64,000 nt of DNA, taken from Narcine bancroftii (lineage: Eukaryota). Shown here in pieces: positions 48,756-60,399 of this stretch (positions within the stretch are counted from its first letter, which is position 1; each line of letters opens with the position of its first letter). Position numbers and translations under genes: made by a program. The notes under the pieces were generated by a model, which was not told where the DNA came from, ran no database searches, and saw nothing but the letters and a program-made list of their open reading frames with translations. The DNA is taken from positions 868,001 to 932,000 of the forward strand of contig NC_091471.1 in assembly GCF_036971445.1 (NCBI RefSeq). The letters are read 5' to 3'.

Positions 48756-49299
48756 AAATTATAGCATCACGGGCAGTGGTCGATGTGTTTTACAGGCAGC
48801 TACATGCTGTTGATCTGGCCTCCCTGCGTCTGCATGGTGTTACGTATTAGACTAGCAGCAACAGAAATTTTTATTGTTAATTATTAATAACACACATCTT
48901 GCTTTAAACGTAACTAACTTAACCCCACTATGTGCAAGTGTGTGTATGTGGCAAAATCAAAACCATTACAGTTCAGGTAAAGAGATGATTTTAAAGTTCA
49001 GTTTTGTTTTGAAACTCAGATTCTTTAAATTGTTGCTCAACAGCAATTATAGAGTAGGCGAGAGGCATCAGACTTCTCAACTCATGAGATTCTTGTAGAG
49101 TAGTTTTCAGAGAATTGTTTCTTCATACGAATGATTTTCCCCTCTTGCATGGAGATTTCAGTACTTGTTTTTCTTCCACGATGATTTCACAAACCCAGGC
49201 AAGGGTTTAATGAAGTGCCCCTGCAGAAATGGACACAGAAAGACTGCCCTCTCTCTCTTAAGGAGACAGTCAGAAATGGTCATTCTCTTTTCTCTAATG

Positions 49300-51400
49300 G
49301 AGAAATTGCAAAAATCGTTTATACTGGTTTGGCATAAAAATAAACCAAAAAAGGTGACTCAACCGTGGATAACAAGGGAAATTAGAGACAGCATTAGGTC
49401 CAAAGAGAGAGCATATCAATTGGCCAAAAAAAGTACCACAACCGAAGACTGGGAGCAGTTCAAGATGCACCAAAGGAGGACAAAGGGATTAATCAAGAGA
49501 GCAAAAATAAATTACGAAAGTAAGCTTGCGGCAAATATAAAAACCGACTGCAAAAGCTTTTATAAATATGTCGAGGAAAAGATTAGTGAAATCCAGAGTA
49601 GGTCCCTTGCAGTCGGAATCAGGGGAATATATAATGGGGAATAAGGAAATGGCAGACCAATTAAATTCTTACTTTAGTTCTGTTTTCACAAGAGAGGATA
49701 CAAATAACCTCCCAAGGATGTTGGGAAACATAGAGACTAATGCAAGGGAGGAACTGAAAGAAATCAGTATCTCTAACGACATGGTCTTGGGGAAATTGAT
49801 GGGATTGAAGGCAGATAAATCCCAAGGGCCTGATAATCTACATCCTAGGGTACTCAAGGAAGTGGCCATTCAGATAGCAGATGCTTTAAGAATTATTTTC
49901 CAGAACTCGATAGACTCAGGATCAGTACCCATGGATTGAGGGTAGCTAATGTTACCCCACTATTTAAAAAGGGGGGTAGAGAAAAAGCGGGGAATTATCA
50001 GCCGGTGAGCCTTACATCAGTAGTGGGCAAAATGATGGAATCCATTATTAAGGATGTAATAGTGGAGCATATGACTAGCAGAGAAGGGATCGGACGGAGT
50101 CCACATGGATTTACAAAAGGTAAATTGTGCTTGACAAATCTATTGGAATTCTTTGAGATGGTGACAGGTAAAATAGATGGGGGAGAGCCAGTGGATGTGG
50201 TGTACCTGGACTTCCAAAAGGCCTTCGATAAGGTCCCGCATAAACGACTGGCTTCCAAAATCAAGGCTCATGGGATTGGGGGCAAAGTATTGATGTGGAT
50301 TGAGAACTGGCTGGCAGGTAGAAGACAGAGAGTTGGGATAAATGGCTCGTTTTCTGAGTGGCAGGCGGTGACCAGTGGGGTGCCACAGGGATCTGTACTG
50401 GGACCCCAGCTGTTCACAATTTACATTAATGATCTGGATGAGGGGATTGGATGTAATATCTCCATATTTGCAGATGACACTAAGCTAGGAGGGGTTGTGT
50501 GCACGGAAGAGGGGGTCAGGAAGCTCCAGTGTGATTTGGATAAATTGAGGGACTGGGCAGATACATGGCAAATGCACTACAATGTGGATCAATGTGAGGT
50601 TATCCACTTTGGTCATACAAACCGGAGGGCAGATTACTATTTGAATGGCAATAGATTAAGAGATGGGGAAGTGCAGAGAGACCTAGGGATACTTGTACAC
50701 CAGTCTCTGAAGGCAAGCATGCAGGTACAGCAGGCGGTTAAAAAGGCAAATGGTATGTTGGCCTTCATATCAAGAGGGTATGAGTCTAGGAACAAGGATA
50801 CCTTACTGCAGCTGTACAGGGCCTTGGTGAGACCACACCTGGAGTATTGTGTGCAGTTTTGGTCACCTTATCTAAGGAAGGATGTTCTTGCAATGGGGGG
50901 AGAGCAGAGGTGATTCACCAGGCTGATACCTGGAATGGCAGAAATGACTTATGAGGGAAGATTGCGCAAATTGGGATTGTACTCGCTGGAGTTTAGAAGA
51001 TTGAGAGGGGATCTCATAGAGACATATAAAATTCTGGCAGGACTGGACAGAATGGATGCAGAAGGGATATTTCCAAGGATGGGAAAATCCAGAACCCGGG
51101 GCCATGGTTTGAGGATAATAGGCAAACCATTTAGGACTGAGATGAGGAGGAATTTCTTTACCCAGGGGGTGGTGAATCTGTGGAATTCATTGCCACAGAG
51201 GGCAGTAGAGGCAGGTTCATTAAATATATTTAAGAGGGAATTAGATCTATTTCTTCAGTATAAGGGTATTAAAGGTTACGGAGAGAAGGCGGGGACGGTG
51301 GTACCGAACTTTAAGATCAGCCATGATCTCGTTTAATGGCGGAGCAGGCTCGAAGGGTCGAATGACCTACTCCTGCTCCTATCTTCTATGTTTCAATGTT
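49300..51400 (+). mobile_element. CR1 LINE (5'-truncated, a few stops and frameshifts)
   Basis: ORFs 49568, 49936 and 50935 carry the RT motifs ([26 protein letters not shown]) and a CTATGTTT-type tail. Confidence 0.93.
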
Positions 51401-51569
51401 TTCAAAAATCACTTATTCTGTGTTCTCATTTGACCAGAAGTAACATGTTACAGTACCTTTCTGATACTGTATCTTCAATCCACTGTGACTTACAGGATGG
51501 TCAAGCACCTTCTGGTCTTAAAATGACTGTTTTCAGTAATATCTTCTCTGAAAATGTCTTTAATCATGT

Positions 51570-54500
51570 GACATGACATCATTGCTGTATTTAAAGTCCA
51601 TTTCATAGTTACTTCACATCTATATGCTACAAGCATATGGTTTCATCTCTTCCAAAAGTTTGAGTGGATCTGTCCAAATTGTCTGCTGACCAGCCACCAG
51701 AATGGTTGTGTATATAAACAGACGTTTCTGAGCAAACACTCATTTTTTTAGAATTTTCAATGGAGAACAGTCATAAGACTTTTATGACTTTTTACAGCTT
51801 TGAATTGGCAGACACCGCTATATCTCTAAGCAAATAGGCATCCAGCAGAACAACGACTAAGCAGACTTTACAGCTTCAAAATTGGTTTCTCTCAGAGTGT
51901 AATTGTGTGTCTGTGTACCCCTGTGTCAAAACCCACAAATTAACTTAACTACAAATATATATTTTATAACTAAAGATTAGTAATAACACAATTCCATCAT
52001 ATCTCTTTCCAACAAGGACCATTTTACACTTTTTAAAGGTCATATTTTTAAATTGCAATCTACCAATTATCTGGTAGATTTTATATACTAAGATTATACA
52101 ATAGAAAGATAACATTTTTTCCAACATTGCACATTCAACATCTTGAATGGCAATCACATTATCTTTGCCTTTAATATTAATTATCATTAAATCATATTTT
52201 TGCAAAATTAAACTCCAATTGAACAAGTCTATTTTTATTTTTCATTTTACTCAAAAACACTAATGGATGATGATAAGTGTAAATCATTAATTGGTTCTCT
52301 CGCCTTGCAAATGTAAACTTCAAAATGTTGCAGAACCCATAATTCTTTTTCAATAGTAGAATCATTCTTTTAGTGTTGATTTAATTTCGTAGATACGTAA
52401 GCCACTGGATGCTCAATATTATCAGTCATTTTTTTGTAATCGAGCAGTTTCTGTCGCTTCATCACTAGCATCAACTGCTAAAGAAAATGCCTTTTCAAGG
52501 TCAGGTGAGTTAAGCACCGACTTGTGACATAAAATAGCTTTTAGTTTGTCCAAAGCTCCTGACAAATAAACTTTTCACCCTTTAGAAGGTTAGTTAAAGG
52601 TATGGTGATCTCAGCAAAGTTTTTATAGAACATTCCTAAAAACTCCTCTAACAGCTTTCTTACCCATGGGTATAGAAAACGATCTGAACTTTCGTCTGGA
52701 CAGGCACCAATGTAGCATGACCAAATTCGCTTTGGCTAAATTAACAGTAAAGTTTGCTCTGAAAGTTTATTGAACAATTTCTCTAGTGCTTGTCAAGTAT
52801 CAAGTATCATTCCCTGTGACCAAATCATCATTATAAGCATCTGTATTTAAGGTGCCAGAATCAGTTATTAAAGATGCAATCGCAGTACATTTGGAGAGTT
52901 GTGGTATCATCGCACGGAGTCAGCATGGTTTTGTGAAGGGGAAATCATGTCTGATGAACCTCATTGAGTTTTTTTGAGGATGTAACCAGTAGAGTGAATA
53001 GGAGGGCATCAGTGGATGTGGTATATCTGGACTTCAGTAAGGCATTTGATAAGATTCCATGCAGAAGACGAATGTACAAACTTAAAAAGCACGGTATAGG
53101 AGGAATGGTATTATGGTGGATAGAGAATTGGTTGATGGACAGAAAGCAAAGAGTAGGTATAAATGGGTTCTTTTCAGAATGGCAGTCAGTGAGTAGTGGG
53201 GTACCGCAGGGCTCCGTGTTGGGGCCACAGTTGATTACAATATATATCAGTGACTTGTATGTGGGAATAAATAGCAATATCTCCAAATTTGCAGACGACA
53301 CAAAGTTGGGTAGCGGGGTTGGCTGTGTTGACGATGCTATGAGGGTGCGAAGTGATTTGGACAAGTTGGGCGAGTAGGCCAAGATGTGGCAGATGCAATA
53401 TAATGTGGATAAATACGAGGTTATCCACTTTGGAGGTAAGAACAGGAAAGAGGTAAGACTTTTATGGTATCTGTTTAGGAAAAGGGGAGATGCAGAGAGA
53501 CTTGGGTGTTGCTGAGCATCAGTCATTGAAAGTGGGCGTGCAGGTGCAGCAGGCGGAGAAGAAGGCACATGCTATGTTGGCGTTCATAGTGAGAGGATTT
53601 GAGTCCAGGAGTAGGGAGATCCTGCTGCAGCTGTACAGGTCCTTGGTGAGACCACACCTGGAGTACTGCATGCAGTTTTGGTCTCCTTATCTGAGGAAGG
53701 ACCTTCTTGCCATGGAGGGGGTGCAGAGAAGTTTCACTGGGGTGATACCAGGGATGGAAGGACTTGGATATGAAGAAAAGTTGGATAGACTGGGCTTGCA
53801 TTCTCTGGAATTTAGAAGATTGAGGGGGAATCTTATAGAAACATAAAATTCTGAAGGGATTAGACAGACTAGACGCAGGAAGGTTGTTTCCAATGCTGGA
53901 AAAAAACAGAACCGGGGTCACAGTTTAAGGATAAGGGGAAAGTTTTTTAGGACTGAGATGAGGAAAAATTTCTTCTCTGAGGATGGTAGATCTGTGGAAT
54001 TCTTTGCCACAGGCAGTAGTTGAGGCGTCAATATTTAAGAGAGTTGTCCCTTGTGGTGATGGGGTATGGGGAGAAGGCAGGATCCGGGTACTGATCAGCC
54101 ATGATCGTATTGAATGGCAGTGTAGACTTGAAGGGCCAAATGGCCTACTCCTGCATCTATTTTTCTATGTATGTTCTGAATCTTGAATCACAGAGTTTAT
54201 CATCCTTTGAAATGTTCCTGGAGCATTTTTCATTCCAAATGGTAAATTGTTGCATTCATATAAACCTGTCGGTGTAACAAATGTGGACATTTCTCTACCT
54301 CTCTCTGTTGAGGGAACACACCAATAACATTTTAATAAATCTATCTTCATTAGAAATTTAGCTTTTCCACACAATCATTCACCCTAGGAATAGGATAAGC
54401 ATCTTTCACATTAACCTTTCTATAATGTGCAAAATCTAATGATTCCATCTGATTTAGGTAGCAGGTGAACTCCAATCTGAGTTAGAACTTCTAATAATAT

Positions 54501-55520
54501 CATTATTTAACATATATTCAATCTTGATCTACCAGTTTGAATTTTAAAATTAACTATTTCATTTGTTCCTTTTCCTGGGGCTACAAATGAACCAACTTCC
54601 CATCCAAATTCTGAAAAGTACTTGAATTAGATAGACGAACTGAAGCAATATTTTCTTTTAAGTGACCCTCACAAGAATCAGCTTGTAAAGTTCATGATCC
54701 TTAGACCCTTCAGTTTTATCCACAACCAAAACCTCTGGTGAAAACTGCTGGCTAACATCTAAATTCTCAAAATAAAGTTTTAACATGTTGGCATGGCAAC
54801 TGTGTTTTACATCTCCTATCAGATGTTTTAACCATGTAATTGACTTCATCTACCTTGGATTATATCTCATACAGTCCTGAAAATTTTGCTCTAAGAGGTT
54901 TAGAATTTATTGGCAATAGAATTAACACTTTACCCCCGGTTTAAAAATTTTTGGTCTTTCATTTTTATCATACCAGACTTTCATTTTATCTTGAGCCACT
55001 TTCAAATTCTTCTCAGCTATCTTTATGGACTTTCTGCAAACAATCTTGAAACTTTGAAATATTATTCAACTGCACATCCTTATTAATCCATTGTTCCTTC
55101 AACAACATTAAAGATCCTCTAACTTGATGTCCAAATACCAACTCAAAAAGACCAAAACCTAATGATTCTTGTACAGACTCTCTCACTGCAAATAAAAGCA
55201 AATGGGCACCTTCATCCCAATCCTTCTGATTCTCCAGACAATAGGTTCTCATGATTTTTGGATTGATTGTAATCTCTCCAAAGCCCCTTGAGATTCTGGA
55301 TGATATGCAGATAATGTGATCTGTTCAGCTCTCAATTTATAAACTAACTGCTGAAACAATTCTGACATAAAATTACTCCCCTGATCTGACCAACTAAAGT
55401 GAAAATTTTTAAGAGCACTTGACACACTCTTTGCTTTAATATTTTTAAGTGGTATTGCTTCTGAGTCATTGAGCTCCCCACCCGCAGCACTAACATCAAT
55501 AGTCTTCATGCGATATAAGC
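51570..55520 (-). mobile_element. Gmr1-like Gypsy retrotransposon remnant (integrase upstream of RT/RNase H)
   Basis: Minus-strand order: integrase (SDQGSNF, AYHPESQGALER, DWDEG..LLLFAVRE..QESLGF) at 55.0-55.5 kb, RT (KIDLLKCYW.VP, LPFGMKNAPGTFQR) at 54.2-54.4 kb, RNase H end (WSLILQKYDL.I..IKGKDNVIA) at about 52.2 kb. Confidence 0.78.
52850..54172 (+). mobile_element. CR1 LINE nested in the RT of the Gmr1-like element
   Basis: ORFs 52964 and 53490 carry CR1 RT and C-terminal motifs; the element interrupts the Gypsy RT right after FQRMINSVI. Confidence 0.9.
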
Positions 55521-55629
55521 AGCATGTTTGTTACATTGGAGGGAGGGGGAAGTGTGATGGCTGCACATGGAGGAGGAAGGTAGGTACCACCAACTATCTT
55601 CCCCCTCCTGAGCCCTTCAAAGTATTGAT

Positions 55630-55850
55630 ATTAAAAAAGGAAAATCTAAACCCATGACCAAGAATGAAGCTGTTTGGCCAAAAATTCTTATCAGAGTGGC
55701 AAATTACCTCATTAGCCTGCACTTCTACCTTCATATCAAATCAAAGATTATAGAAGTAATTCAAAAAGGGTCCCCACAGTGTTTGAAAATTTACTTTCAA
55801 ATCAGAAATTGAACTCCAATCTTCTCTAATTTCAATATAAAGAGCAGGGT
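55630..55850 (-). mobile_element. L1-clade 3' end fragment
   Basis: FQTLWGPFLNYF resembles the terminal F...W.PF motif of L1 ORF2. Confidence 0.5.
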
Positions 55851-56285
55851 CTGGAGCAAGAGCATTCCTTTGATCTAATTGTTGCAGGTTGGCAAAACCC
55901 CAGATGCTGCCATAAGGTTGAGAAATCAAGTGCTACCCCGAAGGCATACCAAGCATCCATATAAGGCTCTAGTAAGGGCAAACAATTCATAATTGGGCTG
56001 GAGGCAGGTCTGAGATAGTGACAGGTTTCTGAAGTTGGGCATTAGTGGAAGATGGGGAGTGGGGATGAGTGGGTGGGAGCTGGGTGTGATGACATCATAA
56101 AGGGAGGTCACGTGCTTCAGTTACAGTTTGTGTCTCCTTTTGAAGGATGGTTAGATGGAACGGTTTCTGGACCACTCTGCATTGTGGGTAAAAATGCTGG
56201 CATCTTCTCTCTGTTTACCAGCTTAAAAAGTTTGCCTCTATTTTATCTGGTAGGTAAAATGCAAAATTCTGCAAACACTGGTTGA

Positions 56286-56376
56286 AGTAAAAACACGACG
56301 CTGGAAAAACTCATCAGGTGAAACAGTAAATTTCACTGTTTGACCTGCTGAAGTTTTCCAACATTGTGTTTTTACT
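56286..56376. repeat. About 90-bp imperfect palindrome made of two Penelope pLTR ends
   Basis: AGTAAAAACAC..GCTGGAAAAACTCA.CAGGT.AAACAGT, loop, ACTGTTTGACCTGCTGAAGTTTTCCAACATTGTGTTTTTACT. Confidence 0.75.
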
Positions 56377-56704
56377 CTATTTTATGTTGTCTCTTCTCCC
56401 CTTGATGTGCGTTCCGATGGTTTGGAAGCTGCATATCTTGTTGAAGTGGGAATGCAATTTATGTGCGTACAGTCGAGGCTCTTTGGACAGAGCAGTTTCT
56501 GGACAGTTAAGGATTCTGGGTATTAATGTAGTCATTGACTTCCTAAACAAAAACTACTGCTTAAAAATCTGAAATAATTCCTGCTGTCTCTTTCCTTGTC
56601 ACATTTTTACTAAAATGTCGTTCACAGAACGAGACCCCATATAACAGTAAATCCTGAGTTCATAATAAGTTCCTTGCTCTGTAAGAAGTAAATCACAAAT
56701 ATTG

Positions 56705-58372
56705 TGGTTGAAGTTAAAACACAAAATGTTGGAGAAGCTCAGCAGGTCAAACCGTGTCCTTTATGTAACAAAGGTAAAGAAACATAAGCAACGTTTCGGG
56801 CTTGAGCCTTTCATCAAGGTATGAGAAAATGCCAGCAGGCATCTGAACAAAAGAATGGGGGGGGGGGGTGGGTGGCAGAGGCAGGAGATGATGGATGGAG
56901 GGAGGAGGCAACAGCAATGAGGGGGAGGGGGATGGTAGGGCTGTGTGGGTGAAAGAAATGGAATGGGGGAGGGCAAGAAAAGGCAGCAGGTTTAATGGAA
57001 AGCAGTGAAGTCAATGTTAATGCCACGTGGTTGTTGGGGGCCCAGGAGGAAAATAAGGTGTTGTTCCTCCAATCTGTGGGTGGTTAGGGTGGGACAGTAC
57101 ATAAGGCGATGGATGGATGGATGAGCGTGGGAGGGTGACTCAGAATTGAAGTGGATGGCCACTGGGAGGTCGCTGTGGTTGCAGACAGAAGAGCTGCTGA
57201 GCAAAGTGACCTCCCCGTCTGAGACTGATCTCTTCAATGTAGAGAATGCCATAAAGGGTGCACTGGATGCAGTAAATAGGTTTTCTGGATATACAGGTAA
57301 AGTGTTAAAGTTCCAGTCCAGAATTTCCAAAATGTCTGCCTTCTTCCACAAATCTCGCTTCCCTTCCACCATTATCAATTCAGCCCTCACCCACATCTTC
57401 TCCATTTCCCTCTCATCTGCCTTGGCCCCCTCTGCCCCCAGATGCAACAACAATAGAATCCCCCTCATCCACCCATATAACAGTTTACGGCATGGAAACA
57501 GGTGTATCGGGCCTTGAAGTCCACACCGGTTCACTCAAACAACTCCGCCTATTCACCGCCCATAACCCTCCAATCCCCTCTTATCCATATATATATATAA
57601 AGCCTCCTCTTAAATGAAAGAAATAACTCTGCCTCAACTATTTCCCAACCAGCATTTGCATCCAACACATTGTCTAGGAATTTCCGGCACTTACTACCAC
57701 CACCAGACACATTTCCCTCCCCACCCCTCTCCGCCTTCTGCAGGGATCACTCCCTCCATGATTCCCTCGTGCATTCATCCCTCCCCACCCCTCACACTCC
57801 CAGCACCTTCCCCTGTGCCTGTAGGAGGTGCAATACTTGTGTCTATACCTCCTCCCTCACCACGGTCCGGGGCCCCAATCAGGCCTTTCACATGAACCAA
57901 CACTTCACTTGTACATCCAGAGGACTTACTGCATCTGGTGCTCCCTTTGTGGTGTTCTCTACATCGGAGAGACCAGTCACAGATTGGGAGATCACTTCGC
58001 TCAGCACCTCTGCTCTGTTCGCAACCACAATGACCTCCCAATGGCCAATCATTTCAATTCCGAGTCACTACCGTGCTCACACGGCTTTATGTAGTACTGT
58101 CCCACCCTGACCACCCGTAGATTGGAGGAACAACACCTTGTTTTCCCGTCTGGGCCCCCTCCAGCCACGGTATGACCACCAACTTCACTGCTTTCTTTGA
58201 AACCTGCTGCCTTTTTCCCCTCTTCCTTTCCTGCTGGTCCAGTTCTTTCACAACCTACTCTTTTGTTTAGACTCCTGCCAACATACCTTGATGAAAGGCT
58301 CAAGCCAAAATGTTGGTTATGTATCTTTGGATTGTTTGACCTGCTGACCTTCTTCAGCATTTTGTGTTTTTA
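56705..58372 (+). mobile_element. Penelope-like element with GIY-YIG endonuclease remnant and inverted 5' pLTR; small CR1 tail insert at about 57477-57640
   Basis: Plus strand: CACRRCNTC linker, YCIWCSLCGVLYIGET..RLGDHFAQH, NHFNS. 56705-57210 is an inverted copy of the 3' end (HFNSE...RLEEQHLIF.LG..QP.GINIDF). Confidence 0.82.
56780..56828 (-). ncRNA. Minimal type I hammerhead-ribozyme-like motif in a Penelope pLTR
   Basis: Minus strand reads CATACC-TTGATGA-AAGGCTCAAGCCC-GAAACGTT-GCTTATG. The core CUGANGA/GAAA has a C-to-U variant, and stem II is palindromic. Confidence 0.55.
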
Positions 58373-58562
58373 CTCCTTGCTCACATTTGTTGCCTCTTCT
58401 TTCTTCCATTGAAACAAATCACACTTGTTTTTCTGTGCTAAATTTCACCCATGTGCCTACATGTCCATGTTGATCCTTCCCACAATTCAAGACACTTGTC
58501 ATGTTGCTGCTGGCCATGCCTCCAGAGTATTGTCCTGGAACATTGGCTGCAGAGAATGCCTT

Positions 58563-58596
58563 GTTCCCTCTCACTCCACCATCTTCTCTCCACAGG
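58563..58596 (+). promoter_or_regulatory. Splice acceptor of the ZNF-C coding exon
   Basis: CCCTCTCACTCCACCATCTTCTCTCCACAG|GG; the exon starts at 58596. Confidence 0.7.
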
Positions 58597-58773
58597 GTTA
58601 GGAAAGCAGCGCGTTTCCAGGCAGGAAGCTTCAGACAACGCCACGTTGTGGTCTGACACTCTGACTGGATTCCTTGGAACCGTGGTATCAGCCAGATATC
58701 TCGGTGGATTAGGAACACGGAGAATCCCTACACCCACTGAGTGCATGAACTGGACTTCAGCTGAGAGGCTGAC

Positions 58774-60090
58774 ATGAAGGATCAGGTGACCAATGATATG
58801 GCAGATAAAACACTCCAAAGTGAAGCGTGTGGTGAGGAGGGGCTTCCTGTGGACTTATTGGAATCGCATCCCTTCGCTCACCCTGGGGACCCACCGTTCC
58901 CCTGTTCCGAGTGTGGGGAGGGATTCCCCAGCTCTGACGCACTGCTGCAACACCAGTGTGTCCCCACTAGGGGGAGCCCATCCCCCTGCTCTGACTGTGG
59001 GAAGAGCTTTCAAACCTCCAAGGACCTGGAGGGGCACGGGTGTGTTCCCCCTGGGGAGTGTCCGTTCACCTGTCACGTGTGTGGGAAGGGGTTTACCCAG
59101 TCCTCCAGCCTCCTGCAACACCAGAACATTCGCTCCAGGGAGAGAGGCTTTAAATGCTGTGTATGTGGGAAGGGGTTCTCTCAATCGTCGAACCTCCTGA
59201 CGCACCAGAGAATTCACACTGGGGAGAAACCGTTCACCTGCTCCCTGTGTGGGAAGGGGTTCTCTCACTCCTCCACCCTGCTGGCACACCAGTCAGTTCA
59301 TACCGGGAAGAAACCGTTCACCTGCTCCCTGTGTGGGAAGGGGTACTCTACGTCCTACAGCCTGCAGACACACCAGTGGGTTCACACTGGGGAGAAACCG
59401 TTCACCTGCTCACTGTGTGGGAAGGGGTTCTCTCGACCCTCCGGCCTGCAGGCACACCAGCGTGTTCACACTGGGGAGAAACCATTCACCTGCTCCTTCT
59501 GCAGGAAGGGATTCTCTCAGCCATCCGCCCTGCATGAACACCGACGGATTCATACTGGGGAGAAACCATTCAGTTGCTCCCTGTGTGGGATCAGATTCAC
59601 TCATTCCTCCAACATGCGGAGGCATCAGAGAATTCACTCTGGGAAGAAACCATTCACCTGCTCCCTGTGCGGGAAGGGGTTCTCTCGACCTTCTGACCTG
59701 CAAACACACCAGTGGTTTCACACCGGGGAGAAACTGTTTACCTGTTCCCTGTGTGGGAAGGGTTTCTCTCAGTTCTCCAGCCTGCAGGCACACCAGTGGG
59801 TTCACACTGGGGAGAAACCGTTTACCTGCTCCCTGTGTGGGAAGGGGTTCTCTCAGTCCTCTAGCTTGAGGGTACACCAGAGGGTTCACACCGGGGAGAA
59901 ACCATTCACCTGCTCTTTGTGTGGGAAGAGGTTCTCTCGGCTATCCGGCCTGCAGGCACACCAGCGGGTTCACACTGGGGAGAAACCATTCACCTGCTCC
60001 GTGTGTGGGAAGCGATTTTCTCATTCTAGCCATGTGCAGAAGCACCAGCGGGTTCACACCAGGGAGAGACCGTTCTCATCCACCAAGTGA
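58774..60090 (+). CDS. Tandem C2H2 zinc-finger protein ZNF-C (11 canonical fingers, two intact C2HC fingers, single 17-aa unit)
   Basis: 438-aa ORF with TGEKPF linkers and an in-frame TGA three codons upstream of the ATG. A decayed finger remnant follows the stop. Confidence 0.92.
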   Translation: MKDQVTNDMADKTLQSEACGEEGLPVDLLESHPFAHPGDPPFPCSECGEGFPSSDALLQHQCVPTRGSPSPCSDCGKSFQTSKDLEGHGCVPPGECPFTCHVCGKGFTQSSSLLQHQNIRSRERGFKCCVCGKGFSQSSNLLTHQRIHTGEKPFTCSLCGKGFSHSSTLLAHQSVHTGKKPFTCSLCGKGYSTSYSLQTHQWVHTGEKPFTCSLCGKGFSRPSGLQAHQRVHTGEKPFTCSFCRKGFSQPSALHEHRRIHTGEKPFSCSLCGIRFTHSSNMRRHQRIHSGKKPFTCSLCGKGFSRPSDLQTHQWFHTGEKLFTCSLCGKGFSQFSSLQAHQWVHTGEKPFTCSLCGKGFSQSSSLRVHQRVHTGEKPFTCSLCGKRFSRLSGLQAHQRVHTGEKPFTCSVCGKRFSHSSHVQKHQRVHTRERPFSSTK

Positions 60091-60399
60091 GGAAAGGGAT
60101 TCACCGATTCCTCCTCTCTGCAGGTCCACTGTTGATTTTTCACCTTCTCTCTGTGTGGGGAGGAATTCACTCAACTCTCTGGTGTGTGGCTGAGGTTTTG
60201 TGTCGAGATCTTAAACAAGACAGAAGACATCGTGCCTTTTTTCCCCTTTTAATCTCACAAACCTTGCCCCTCAAAAAATATAGATACTATAAATCTATAA
60301 GTATAAAAAGAAAAAAAAAATAGAAAGTTTTTGGAGCATAGAGAAGTATCTTGTATAAATCTTTGATCATCTATATTCTATGCATATATATTTAACAAA

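Noticed and set aside
17118-58595. Near-equal inferred intron lengths (16.8 vs 17.1 kb) as a constraint
   Set aside because: Two data points with unrelated TE content; coincidence cannot be excluded.
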